NCBI GenBank assembly: GCA_963768755.1
Contig: CAVYIX010000003.1
Span: 52,201 to 116,200, forward strand
Length of the DNA stretch: 64,000 nucleotides
Direction of reading: 5' to 3'
Source of the DNA: an uncultured Methanobacteriaceae archaeon
GTDB taxonomy: Archaea > Methanobacteriota > Methanobacteria > Methanobacteriales > Methanobacteriaceae
Shown here one piece after another: positions 43,828 through 52,361 of this stretch; positions within the stretch are counted from its first letter, which is position 1, and every line of letters begins with the position of its first letter. The notes beneath the pieces were generated by a model that saw only the letters and a list, made by a program, of their open reading frames with translations, was not told where the DNA came from and made no database searches. Both the position numbers and the translations under genes were made by a program.

Positions 43828-44057
43828 TCTTCAAAGAGGCCATGAAATTCAAACTCATTTTAATTAAACCTATTTTAAAATTTTTTAGATTAGTTTTTAC
43901 TTGGTTATTTAAATTATTTGTTAGTAAATTAGACAATGGATCATTTTTTGAAGCAACAGGAGATTTAGCAGGAATCTGCATCCAGGGCTACTTAGTTAGC
44001 TTGATTTCAGAAAATGATAGAATTGGTGTTGAACTTCATCTTTCAGAAGAGGTGTAG
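43824..44057 (+). CDS. Hypothetical 77-aa protein inside the CBS array (weak call)
   Basis: The ORF exactly fills the 232-bp gap, overlapping the upstream stop and ending 2 nt before the next ATG. No recognisable motif and no good SD. Confidence 0.25.
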   Translation: MIFKEAMKFKLILIKPILKFFRLVFTWLFKLFVSKLDNGSFFEATGDLAGICIQGYLVSLISENDRIGVELHLSEEV

Positions 44058-44059
44058 CG

Positions 44060-45004
44060 ATGAGAAGAAAAGAAACCATAAATTTAGTAAAATCTAGAGA
44101 TAGAGGCCCATTAGAATTTGAATCCCATACATCAGAGCACGAAGGCGATATTATGAGTATCGCAAAAAAAAGGGTGGTAACAGCCCCACAGAGTGCCACC
44201 ATAAAAGAAGCTGCTGAAACAATGGTTAAAAACAAGTTCAGGAGGCTTCCAATAACTAACCCAGGGACTGGTCAAATACTTGGAATTGTGACTTCTATGG
44301 ACATCCTTGACTTCTTAGGGGGAGGAGACAAATATAGGATATTAGATAAAAAATACCCTAATAACTTCCTTGGAGCTATAAATGAGTCTGTAAAGGAAAT
44401 AATGACCAGAGATGTAGAAGTTTTAAGTCATAAAGATTCAATTAAGAATGCAATAACCAAAATGAGGAAAAAGAGTGTTGGAGCTTTACCCGTTGTTGAT
44501 GATGACCGTAAGATGGTAGGAATCGTATCAGAAAGGGACTTCGTTATTTTGCTTTCAGGAATTTTAACAGATGAGATAGTAGAGGACTATATGACAGAGA
44601 AAGTCATATCAACAACTCCTGGAACGCGGATAGAAGGTGCATCCAAAATAATGGTTAGAAACAAATTAAGAAGGATTCCTGTCATTGGAAAGGATGATAA
44701 AACATCTCATCCAGAGAAAGATAAGATTAGGGGGATAGTGACTTCTACGGACATTCTTGAATTCCTTGGTAAGAACAGTCTCTTTGGAAAGATGGTTTCT
44801 AACAATGCAGAAGATGTCTTAAATACAACTATAACAGATATAATGGAAACAACAGTTATTGCTACCACTGCCAACACAAGACTTGGAGATCTGTGTAATT
44901 CCATGGAGATTGAAGGAATTGGAGGATTACCAGTGGTACGTAATGGAAATTTAGAGGGTATAATAACAGAAAGAGATATCTTGAATGCAGTAAGCAAATT
45001 ATAG
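44060..45004 (+). CDS. CBS-domain protein (four CBS motifs, ~30-aa N-terminal extension)
   Basis: SD AGAGGTG 6 nt upstream. Four CBS units. Confidence 0.8.
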   Translation: MRRKETINLVKSRDRGPLEFESHTSEHEGDIMSIAKKRVVTAPQSATIKEAAETMVKNKFRRLPITNPGTGQILGIVTSMDILDFLGGGDKYRILDKKYPNNFLGAINESVKEIMTRDVEVLSHKDSIKNAITKMRKKSVGALPVVDDDRKMVGIVSERDFVILLSGILTDEIVEDYMTEKVISTTPGTRIEGASKIMVRNKLRRIPVIGKDDKTSHPEKDKIRGIVTSTDILEFLGKNSLFGKMVSNNAEDVLNTTITDIMETTVIATTANTRLGDLCNSMEIEGIGGLPVVRNGNLEGIITERDILNAVSKL

Positions 45005-45069
45005 GGGACACAAATAATCTCAATTTATTTATTCATGAGTTATATGGCCTTAAGAATAGAGGTGGTTAA

Positions 45070-45912
45070 ATGATGGAGATTAAGGAAGTAATGAACCCCG
45101 AAGTATTTGTGGTTCAGGAAAATGAGCAAGTAGGTCATGCAAGAAACCTTATGCTCTCACATGGAATCAGCAGAGTAGTTGTGGTTAATAATGACGGAAA
45201 ACCCGTTGGTATGGTCACTGAAAAGGATCTAACACGCAAACTAAAGGGTAATGGACCAAAATGGAAGAGTAGGCCCATTGATAAAATATCCGTTAGAAGG
45301 ATCATGAGCACAGATCCTATCACAGCAAGTCCAAACGATGAAATACATACTGCAATCGAACTTCTTATAAAAAATAATGTTGGTTCAATCCCAATTGTAG
45401 ATGATGATGGCCTTGCAGGGATAATAACAAAAACTGATTTGATGAAAGTATACACGGATAAATTAAAGGGTAGATGGAAAGTTTCTGATCTCATGACCAG
45501 TGATGTAATAACTGTGAATGAAAACCACAGCATAGCACATGTCATTAATACAATGGAAAAGAATAAAATCGGTAAAATTGTAGTAATACGTGATAACGAG
45601 CCTGTTGGCATCATTACTCATGAAAATATTTCGTTTGCCCATGTAGAAGATCCTGAAACCGGTGTAAGTGTTGAGAAAATATATTTCATCAGAAACTTAG
45701 AAGGAAAAAGCAAGAGAAATGTTAGAATGGTTTCAATGATGACGGCAGGAGACATAATGCAAAATCATATTGTAAAAATTTCTGGCGATGAAGACGCAGC
45801 TAATGCTGCTGATATGATGGTGAAAAATGATATAAGTGGTTTACCTGTTGTTGACGGAGATTCTCTTGTGGGAGTTATAACTAAAACAGATCTAATAATG
45901 GGTATACAGTAA
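45070..45912 (+). CDS. CBS-domain protein (four CBS motifs)
   Basis: SD GAGGTGG 4 nt upstream. Four CBS units. Confidence 0.8.
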   Translation: MMEIKEVMNPEVFVVQENEQVGHARNLMLSHGISRVVVVNNDGKPVGMVTEKDLTRKLKGNGPKWKSRPIDKISVRRIMSTDPITASPNDEIHTAIELLIKNNVGSIPIVDDDGLAGIITKTDLMKVYTDKLKGRWKVSDLMTSDVITVNENHSIAHVINTMEKNKIGKIVVIRDNEPVGIITHENISFAHVEDPETGVSVEKIYFIRNLEGKSKRNVRMVSMMTAGDIMQNHIVKISGDEDAANAADMMVKNDISGLPVVDGDSLVGVITKTDLIMGIQ

Positions 45913-45973
45913 AATATGCTGATAAGATGCAATATTTATTACACTAATGCATCTTAATTTTAGGGGGATGAAA

Positions 45974-46795
45974 ATGCACGTTAAAGACATAATGAAAAAG
46001 GAAGTAATTCATGTGGATAAGGATCAGAACATCCAGGATGCCCTAAAACTGATGAAAAAACATAAAGTCTCCAGACTTCCTGTTGTTAACATGAATACTG
46101 GTCATATCAGAGAACTAGTTGGAATTGTAACTGAGAAGGATATATCTTTAAAATTAGGATCATCTAAATATGGAAACTTACCTCCTTCACACTTCCATGT
46201 TTCAACTGTTATGAAACAAAATCCTGTAGTTGTTGAGAGCACAGAAAATATTGGTAAAGCGGCGAAAACAATGTTAGAAAATAAAATAGGAGGCATGCCG
46301 GTGGTTAATGACTGTGAAATTGTAGGAATGCTAACAAAAACAGATTTCATTGAAATATGTCATGGAAAGCCATTTAATGCAACAAATATAACAGAAAGAA
46401 TGAGCACCGATCTAGTAACTGTCAGTCCACAGGACAGAATAGTTCATGCAAGAAGATGTTTAATAGACAAAGAAATTGGAAGACTCCCTGTAGTGGAAGA
46501 AGATGTTTTGGAAGGTATTTTAACAGCCAAGGATGTTGCCATGGCTATGATATCATTTAGAAAGATCGTGCCTGACAAATACAAAACTGCAAGGATCAGA
46601 AATCTTTTAGTGGAAGATGTAATGACACAGAATGTTAAAACCATAGATGGTGGTTCAACAATTGATGATGCTGCAACATTCATGTTAGAAAACCGTTTCA
46701 GTGGAATTCCAGTTGATGTTGATGGTGAACTTGCAGGAATTATCACAAAAACTGATTTAATGAATTTTGTTGTGGAACTTGAGGAGGTAAGCTGA
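45974..46795 (+). CDS. CBS-domain protein (four CBS motifs)
   Basis: ATG at 45974 is preferred (AGGGGGA 5 nt upstream) over the track start at 45947. Four CBS units. Confidence 0.8.
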   Translation: MHVKDIMKKEVIHVDKDQNIQDALKLMKKHKVSRLPVVNMNTGHIRELVGIVTEKDISLKLGSSKYGNLPPSHFHVSTVMKQNPVVVESTENIGKAAKTMLENKIGGMPVVNDCEIVGMLTKTDFIEICHGKPFNATNITERMSTDLVTVSPQDRIVHARRCLIDKEIGRLPVVEEDVLEGILTAKDVAMAMISFRKIVPDKYKTARIRNLLVEDVMTQNVKTIDGGSTIDDAATFMLENRFSGIPVDVDGELAGIITKTDLMNFVVELEEVS

Positions 46796-46834
46796 ATTCA
46801 GCCGCAAATAGTATGTCCAAAATGTAATTCACAA

Positions 46835-48049
46835 ATGGAAACACGGGTGGGAAAGATAAATTCCCATAAAAACTTTTTTTTTAAGTGTACTTCATGTAAA
46901 TATAGTTATGAAACTTCAATGCCCTCTTTTATATCTTTAGAACTTCCAAAACTTCTTGATGTTAAACCTTCTAACCTTGAAAGGTCATTTAAAAATGGCA
47001 ACATAAAATTTTACCAAAGTCAGGGGATAAATGCCCTTCAATTTCGAAAATCGGTTGGAAAAATTGAATCAGGCACAATGATCTGTTTAGGAGATAAAAT
47101 TGAGATAATAAGGGGATTTCCAAAAATTAGAAGAACACTGATGCTTAATCCATCTTTAAAAATACATTTTAGTAACGAAGTGGCGGTTGAAGAAAAGATG
47201 AACGGCTACAACGTTAGAATAGCTCTAGTTAATAATAAAATTACTGCATTCACGAGGGGAGGGTATGTTTGCCCATACACTACTAAAAAAGCTCCAGAAA
47301 TATTAGATATGGGCGATTTTTTCAGAGATCATCCTGATCTAGTTATATGTGGAGAGATGGTAGGTTCAGAAAATCCATATGTAACACATCATTACAGGGA
47401 AATAGGAAAATTAGGATTTAGTATATTCGATATCCGGGAAAAGGGCTCAAACAAACCAATGTCTGTACTGGATAAGATTAAAATTCTTGAATTATATGGT
47501 CTTCCAAATGTGAAGTTTTTTGGGATTATAAATATTGATGAGGCACCAGAACGAATATTTGAATTAGTTATCAAACTTGGAATGGATGATCGGGAAGGGC
47601 TGGTTATTAAGGATCCCGAGATGGAAATAGATCCCCTTAAATATACTTCTTCCCAAGCCCACAATGGAGAATTACAATATGCATTTACATATCCATTTGA
47701 TTTTGGTAGGGCCTTCTTCTTCAGCAGGGTTATAAGAGAAGGATTTCAGGCTTATGAACTCGAAGAATCTGATGATGAGATAAGAACTAGGGCACATATG
47801 CTAGGTGAATCTATACTTTATCCAATGATCAAAACAATTAAGCATGTATCAAAAGATAATTTAGCATTTGAAGATATAATAATACATGTAGATGATTTGG
47901 AGGAGGCAGAGGAGTTTGCTCGCCACCTTAGAGATCTAGGAGTAGTTGCAACTGTACATTCATTTGAACAAGGAAAAGCAATTATAAGAAGGGTGCATCA
48001 ATCTACAACTGATAGAATTTCGAATTTTCTAAGGGGTGGACTATACTGA
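46835..48049 (+). CDS. ATP-dependent RNA ligase, archaeal Rnl3 (Pab1020/MthRnl) family
   Basis: Adenylylation motif EEKMNGYNVRIA, then FTRGGYVCPYTT, ICGEMVG and EGLVIKDP. The conservative start is ATG at 46835, but the ORF and a zinc-ribbon motif extend upstream to 46796 (see findings). Confidence 0.85.
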   Translation: METRVGKINSHKNFFFKCTSCKYSYETSMPSFISLELPKLLDVKPSNLERSFKNGNIKFYQSQGINALQFRKSVGKIESGTMICLGDKIEIIRGFPKIRRTLMLNPSLKIHFSNEVAVEEKMNGYNVRIALVNNKITAFTRGGYVCPYTTKKAPEILDMGDFFRDHPDLVICGEMVGSENPYVTHHYREIGKLGFSIFDIREKGSNKPMSVLDKIKILELYGLPNVKFFGIINIDEAPERIFELVIKLGMDDREGLVIKDPEMEIDPLKYTSSQAHNGELQYAFTYPFDFGRAFFFSRVIREGFQAYELEESDDEIRTRAHMLGESILYPMIKTIKHVSKDNLAFEDIIIHVDDLEEAEEFARHLRDLGVVATVHSFEQGKAIIRRVHQSTTDRISNFLRGGLY

Positions 48050-48102
48050 ATAAAAATACCAACAAGATCATAGCTAAAAAAAGTGAAAAAATTGAAGAAA
48101 TC

Positions 48103-48933
48103 ATGAATGGACACAATTTCAAGGGTAGAATTGGTTTTTTTGGTCCTTCAGGGACATTCACAGAGGAAGCTGCATCTTTAATCGGAGATGATCTTATTGC
48201 ATTTGATTCCATTCTTGATATTCTTGAGGCCGTTGATAAAGGCGAAGTAAATGTTGGTGTGGTGCCTATTGAAAACTCGATTGAAGGTCCTGTTGGAGTA
48301 ACACTTGATTTATTAGTACATGATTATGATCTAAAGATAAAAAAGGAGGTAATTATCCCTATAAGTCACAATCTCCTTATTAATCCTGATGCTAATATCG
48401 ATGATGTTCAACTGGTTTATTCCCATATTCAAGCTCTTTCACAGTGCAGAAAATTTATAGAAGGATTGAATGTAATTGTAAATTCTACACCCAGTACGTC
48501 TGCTGCAGCGGAGATGATTAAAGGGAAGAAAAATTCAGCAGCAATTGGAACTAAGAAAGCTGCAGAGATATATGGCCTTAAAATAGCTGCATCAAATATT
48601 CAAGATTATGAAAATAATGTTACTAGATTTGTTGTTATAGATAAAACTGATCATGAAAGGACAGGAAAGGATAAAACTTCCATAGTTTTTTCTATCTTAG
48701 AAGAAAAACCTGGAGGTCTCTACGAGATACTTGAGGTTTTTGCCAAAAATAATATCAATTTAACTAAAATAGAGTCCAGACCTTCAAAGGAAAAATTAGG
48801 AAGCTACATCTTTTTTGTGGATTTTGAGGGTCATAGAACCGATAAACTGATCGGGAACATTTTAAATATCATAAGATCCAAGTTAGAATATATAAAAATA
48901 TTAGGATCATATCCTACAGAAGGAGAGGATTGA
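48103..48933 (+). CDS. pheA: Prephenate dehydratase with ACT domain
   Basis: IGFFGPSGTFTEEAA, TRFVVI, and an ESRPSK-containing ACT tail. Confidence 0.9.
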   Translation: MNGHNFKGRIGFFGPSGTFTEEAASLIGDDLIAFDSILDILEAVDKGEVNVGVVPIENSIEGPVGVTLDLLVHDYDLKIKKEVIIPISHNLLINPDANIDDVQLVYSHIQALSQCRKFIEGLNVIVNSTPSTSAAAEMIKGKKNSAAIGTKKAAEIYGLKIAASNIQDYENNVTRFVVIDKTDHERTGKDKTSIVFSILEEKPGGLYEILEVFAKNNINLTKIESRPSKEKLGSYIFFVDFEGHRTDKLIGNILNIIRSKLEYIKILGSYPTEGED

Positions 48934-49063
48934 GATAGTTACAGATAAAGAAAAATTATTAAATAGTTTAAAAAGACTTGAGTCGCAATTTTCGGAAGGT
49001 AAAGTTTCTAAAAGGCAGTATAGTCTAGAAAAAAGAGTTTTAGAGGATAAATTAGACACTGTT

Positions 49064-49612
49064 TTGGCTGCTGATCGCATTAAAAAACTTCAAGGTAAAG
49101 AAGTAACTGAAAAACCATTAGATTACTGGTCAGATAAGAAGAAAGAAGATGAAGATATAGAGGAGAAGGAAGCTCTAATAAAGAAATATGTTACAACTCC
49201 TAAAACAGCTCCTGTTACCGAAACCAAAAGTTCTGGACTGTCAAGAGGAAGATTATCCTTGTTAATATTTGTTGTTGCAGCATTTTTCGTTGGCACTGGA
49301 TATGGGGCCTATATTATAACCATGCCCTCAAATAATTCTGCAGTAGCAATGACTGTAAATGACAGCGCATTTCCTGCAGCAAATAATACAACAGCAAACC
49401 AAACCAATACAACCGCAACTAAAACTACAACTGCGGTAACGACAACTAAGAATACTACTCCATCTACAACTACTACTACAACATCAACTAAAACTACAAT
49501 TTCTGGTTCAAGTAATTCTGGTTCAAGTAATTCCGGTTCTGGTTCTGGTTCTGGTAAGTCAGGTTCTGGTTCAGGTTCAGGTTCTGGTTCAGGTAATTCA
49601 AATAAAACCTAA
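49064..49612 (+). CDS. Single-TM membrane protein with Thr-rich and Ser/Gly-rich extracellular tail
   Basis: TM segment LSLLIFVVAAFFVGTGYGAYII, then many NxT sequons, a Thr-rich stretch and (SG)n. The ORF stays open upstream to 48905 with a SHOCT-like segment (see findings). Confidence 0.55.
   Translation: MAADRIKKLQGKEVTEKPLDYWSDKKKEDEDIEEKEALIKKYVTTPKTAPVTETKSSGLSRGRLSLLIFVVAAFFVGTGYGAYIITMPSNNSAVAMTVNDSAFPAANNTTANQTNTTATKTTTAVTTTKNTTPSTTTTTTSTKTTISGSSNSGSSNSGSGSGSGKSGSGSGSGSGSGNSNKT
49502..49595 (+). repeat. Tandem 15-bp and hexanucleotide (GGTTCN)n repeats encoding SGSSN/SGSG
   Basis: tctggttcaagtaat occurs twice, followed by ggttct/ggttca units. Confidence 0.85.
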
Positions 49613-49684
49613 GTTTGTAGTCTGGAAATTTAGAGTTAAAAAACTCTAATTAACCTTTTCATTTTAATTGTTGAAGGTGAAAAA

Positions 49685-50218
49685 TTGAGAAAATATATAA
49701 TTCTAATTATCTTTCTAGTGTTTTCTGTTGTTTCTGCATCTGGATGCGTATCCAATAACAATCAAAGCAGCATGAATAAAACATATTCTCAAAATAACAT
49801 TTCATTCAGTTATCCAGGCAGCTGGGATATTGTAAATGCAACATCTCCAAATGCTGTTGTGGCAGTAGCCGATCCTAAAACTCTAGAAAATGGAAGTCCT
49901 ACAACTCTGGTTGTAATCCAGAAACCTAATGTAGCTACCGGCTCTAATATAAACACGATATACTCATCAAATTATGCTCAATTTTTCAATAATTCGGATT
50001 ATCAGCGGATATCTGAAGGTAATATTACAGTAAATGGTGTAGATGCTCTAGAAAATATTTATAAAACTAATACCACTGTTTCCCCAACACAGTATCAAGC
50101 AGTATGGTTGAATGAGAATGGCACCATATATGTCATACTTTGCATTGCCAAGGTATCTGACTTTGAAGGTCAACAGGCCAACTTTAATCTAATATTAGAC
50201 ACATTCAAGTCGCAGTAA
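49685..50218 (+). CDS. Secreted/lipoprotein-like protein (unknown function)
   Basis: Signal peptide MRKYIILIIFLVFSVVSASGC with a lipobox-like SASGC. TTG start after GAAGGTGA. Confidence 0.5.
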   Translation: MRKYIILIIFLVFSVVSASGCVSNNNQSSMNKTYSQNNISFSYPGSWDIVNATSPNAVVAVADPKTLENGSPTTLVVIQKPNVATGSNINTIYSSNYAQFFNNSDYQRISEGNITVNGVDALENIYKTNTTVSPTQYQAVWLNENGTIYVILCIAKVSDFEGQQANFNLILDTFKSQ

Positions 50219-50243
50219 TTCATTTTTTTCATAAAATCTAAAT

Positions 50244-50266
50244 ATTTCTATTTTTTTAGAAATTTT
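50244..50266 (+). terminator. Hairpin with T-rich loop and tail after the lipoprotein-like gene
   Basis: ATTTCTA-tttttt-TAGAAAT, followed by TTTTT. Confidence 0.35.
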
Positions 50267-50661
50267 TGAATATTTGGGGTCATGATTTTAACAAGATCCA
50301 GTTATGCAAAATTATATATTAGTAACTTCAAATACAATTATATCTGTTAAAAGTACTATCTTTATAATACCAGATAAAGAGCCTTAAAAAGAGCCAAAAC
50401 TATCTGCTTTTACTTTAATTGCATCACATGTGATAACTGATGTACGGAATGAAGAAAATTTAAAACTTCAATAATCTTAGGATAGGTTCTATTATTCTGT
50501 TAATTGAATTAAAATTCTCAAGATGAATATCCATAAAAAAGGATCATAATAACACTTATAGGTTAATAAAATTTCAAATTTACATTAAAATTCGGGTTGA
50601 TGAGCCAATTTAAGGGTTATTAACAATTATTATCATCAAATAACAATTAGGAGGAATGTAA

Positions 50662-51159
50662 ATGGTATTGCCAGTATGCGATGTCTGTTTAAAAAGCGGA
50701 ATATTATGTCAGGGTTGTGAGAACAAACTTAAAAGTGGTGAAATAACCCAACTCGACTTAGACATTGCAAAGGTACTTTTCAAGCTTGGTGATGGTAAAT
50801 TAGGATTTAAAAGGACCATCGAAGTTGGAGATATTGTTATTATTATTACAGGTAAGGACCAGGTTGGGAAACTCATAGGCAAGAGCGGAAAGATCGTGAG
50901 GGAACTATCAAGAACAGCAGGAAAAAAGATAAGAGTTGTAGGTGAAGATTCAGACCTACGAGCTACTGCTAGAGATATATTGGCCCCTGCGAGGGTATCT
51001 GGTGTTAATATAGTATACGGAACTGATGGTGAAGAAAAGTATAAGGTAAGGGTCATGAAAGAAGATTCGAGAAAGCTTCCCGGAAGACTCGACCTTCTCA
51101 ACGATATTATTAAAATGCTCACCGGTGAAGAAACCCTTGTAGTAGTTGATAAAAATTGA
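50662..51159 (+). CDS. NusA-like KH-domain RNA-binding protein with N-terminal Cys4 zinc ribbon
   Basis: CDVCLKSGILCQGC, then the KH-type GKSGKIVRELSRTAGKKIRVV and a PARVSGVNIV segment. SD AGGAGGA upstream. Confidence 0.55.
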   Translation: MVLPVCDVCLKSGILCQGCENKLKSGEITQLDLDIAKVLFKLGDGKLGFKRTIEVGDIVIIITGKDQVGKLIGKSGKIVRELSRTAGKKIRVVGEDSDLRATARDILAPARVSGVNIVYGTDGEEKYKVRVMKEDSRKLPGRLDLLNDIIKMLTGEETLVVVDKN

Positions 51160-51173
51160 TGGTGGGAAATTGA

Positions 51174-52331
51174 ATGAAAATAGTTCTTTGTGTAACAGGT
51201 AGTGTTGCTGCAGTTGAATCTGTAAAACTTGCAAGGGAACTTAAAAGACAAGGGGCCGAAGTTAAATGTTTCATGAGCGATGATGCATGTAATATAATTC
51301 ATCCTAACAGTATGGAGTTTGCTACGGGCCAAAAGGTTATATTGGAACTTACAGGTAAAATAGAACATGTTAAATATGCCCAGGCTGATCTTATACTTGT
51401 TGCACCCGCTACAGCAAATTTGATAAGTAAGTTTGCATTCAAAATTGCAGACAATCCAATAAGCACACTTTTAATAACAGCATTTGGATATTCAACTCCA
51501 ATTATATTTGTTCCATCTATGCACGATTCCATGTACAAATCAATATCTGAGAACATACAGAAAGTCAAGGATGAAGGTATTATATTTTTAGAACCTAAAA
51601 TGGAAGAAGGAAAGGCAAAATTTCCAAATATAGATGATATAACTCTACAAACTTTAAGAGAAACTTCAGAAGGAAAATTAAAGGGTAAAAAATTTATTGT
51701 AAGTGCAGGCAGTACTTATGAAGAAATTGATTATGTAAGGGGTATTACGAATAGAAGTTCAGGGAAAATGGGTCTTGAAATAGCTAGGGAAGCTTTTATA
51801 CAAGGTGCTGATGTTACTATGGTTACCGGTAGGATAGAGGTACCTATTCCTAAAGTTTTTGAAAGGGTTCAAGCGGAATCTACAGAAGAAATGCGGAGAG
51901 TCCTCGTGGAACTACTTCCAAAAAATGATATATTTGTATCTGCTGCAGCAATATCGGATTTTACTTTAGAAAAGACATCAAATAAAAAAATAGATAAGAT
52001 TTCTTCTGAAGAAGATTTAATACTCCATTTAAAACCTTCACCTAAAATTTTAAATTCTGTTAAAAAGATCAATCCAAATATATTTCTAGTTGGTTTTAAA
52101 GCAGAATATAATGTCACAGAAGATGAACTTGTATCTATGGCTCAAAAAAGAATTAAAACCTCTGGAGCAGAGTTTATAGTCGCAAATGATGTTTCTATCG
52201 AAGGTGCAGGATTTGGATCGGATAAAAATCAGGTCATTATTGTAGATGGTAATACATTTACCGTTCCCTTAACTTCTAAAACAGAGATTGCACAGAATAT
52301 CATAGCTAAGATCGTAGAGAAAATAAGATAA
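51174..52331 (+). CDS. coaBC: Bifunctional phosphopantothenoylcysteine decarboxylase / phosphopantothenate-cysteine ligase
   Basis: The flavoprotein N-domain has KIVLCVTGSVAAVE and APATANLISK. The CoaB domain has SAGSTYEEIDYVRGITNRSSGKMG. Confidence 0.9.
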   Translation: MKIVLCVTGSVAAVESVKLARELKRQGAEVKCFMSDDACNIIHPNSMEFATGQKVILELTGKIEHVKYAQADLILVAPATANLISKFAFKIADNPISTLLITAFGYSTPIIFVPSMHDSMYKSISENIQKVKDEGIIFLEPKMEEGKAKFPNIDDITLQTLRETSEGKLKGKKFIVSAGSTYEEIDYVRGITNRSSGKMGLEIAREAFIQGADVTMVTGRIEVPIPKVFERVQAESTEEMRRVLVELLPKNDIFVSAAAISDFTLEKTSNKKIDKISSEEDLILHLKPSPKILNSVKKINPNIFLVGFKAEYNVTEDELVSMAQKRIKTSGAEFIVANDVSIEGAGFGSDKNQVIIVDGNTFTVPLTSKTEIAQNIIAKIVEKIR

Positions 52332-52361
52332 GATATTCTTATTTTTAAATCATTGAAAAGC

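Noticed and set aside
42602-46746. Multiple minus-strand ORFs (81-159 aa) across the CBS gene array
   Set aside because: Each is antisense to a CBS gene with a good SD and a four-motif structure. They are typical shadow ORFs.
46793-46795. TGA between the CBS gene and the RNA ligase as a selenocysteine codon
   Set aside because: I see no obvious stem-loop of SECIS type nearby. To my knowledge Methanobacteriales lack the Sec machinery. A near-cognate start or a sequence error is more parsimonious. This is kept as a minor alternative in the finding.
49380-49600. Short tandem repeats as a possible CRISPR or satellite array
   Set aside because: The units are 6-15 bp, lie in frame inside a coding region, and have no spacers. 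This is a coding low-complexity repeat, not a CRISPR array.
50219-50661. C/D-box sRNA candidates (GTTGATGAGCC near 50597, and GTGATAACTGATGT near 50430)
   Set aside because: C-box-like strings are present, but I found no correctly spaced D box (CUGA) or terminal pairing. They are likely chance matches in AT-rich DNA.
50709-51368. Minus-strand 219-aa ORF spanning the KH-protein/coaBC junction
   Set aside because: It crosses two well-supported plus-strand genes and has a Ser/Leu/Phe-rich composition.
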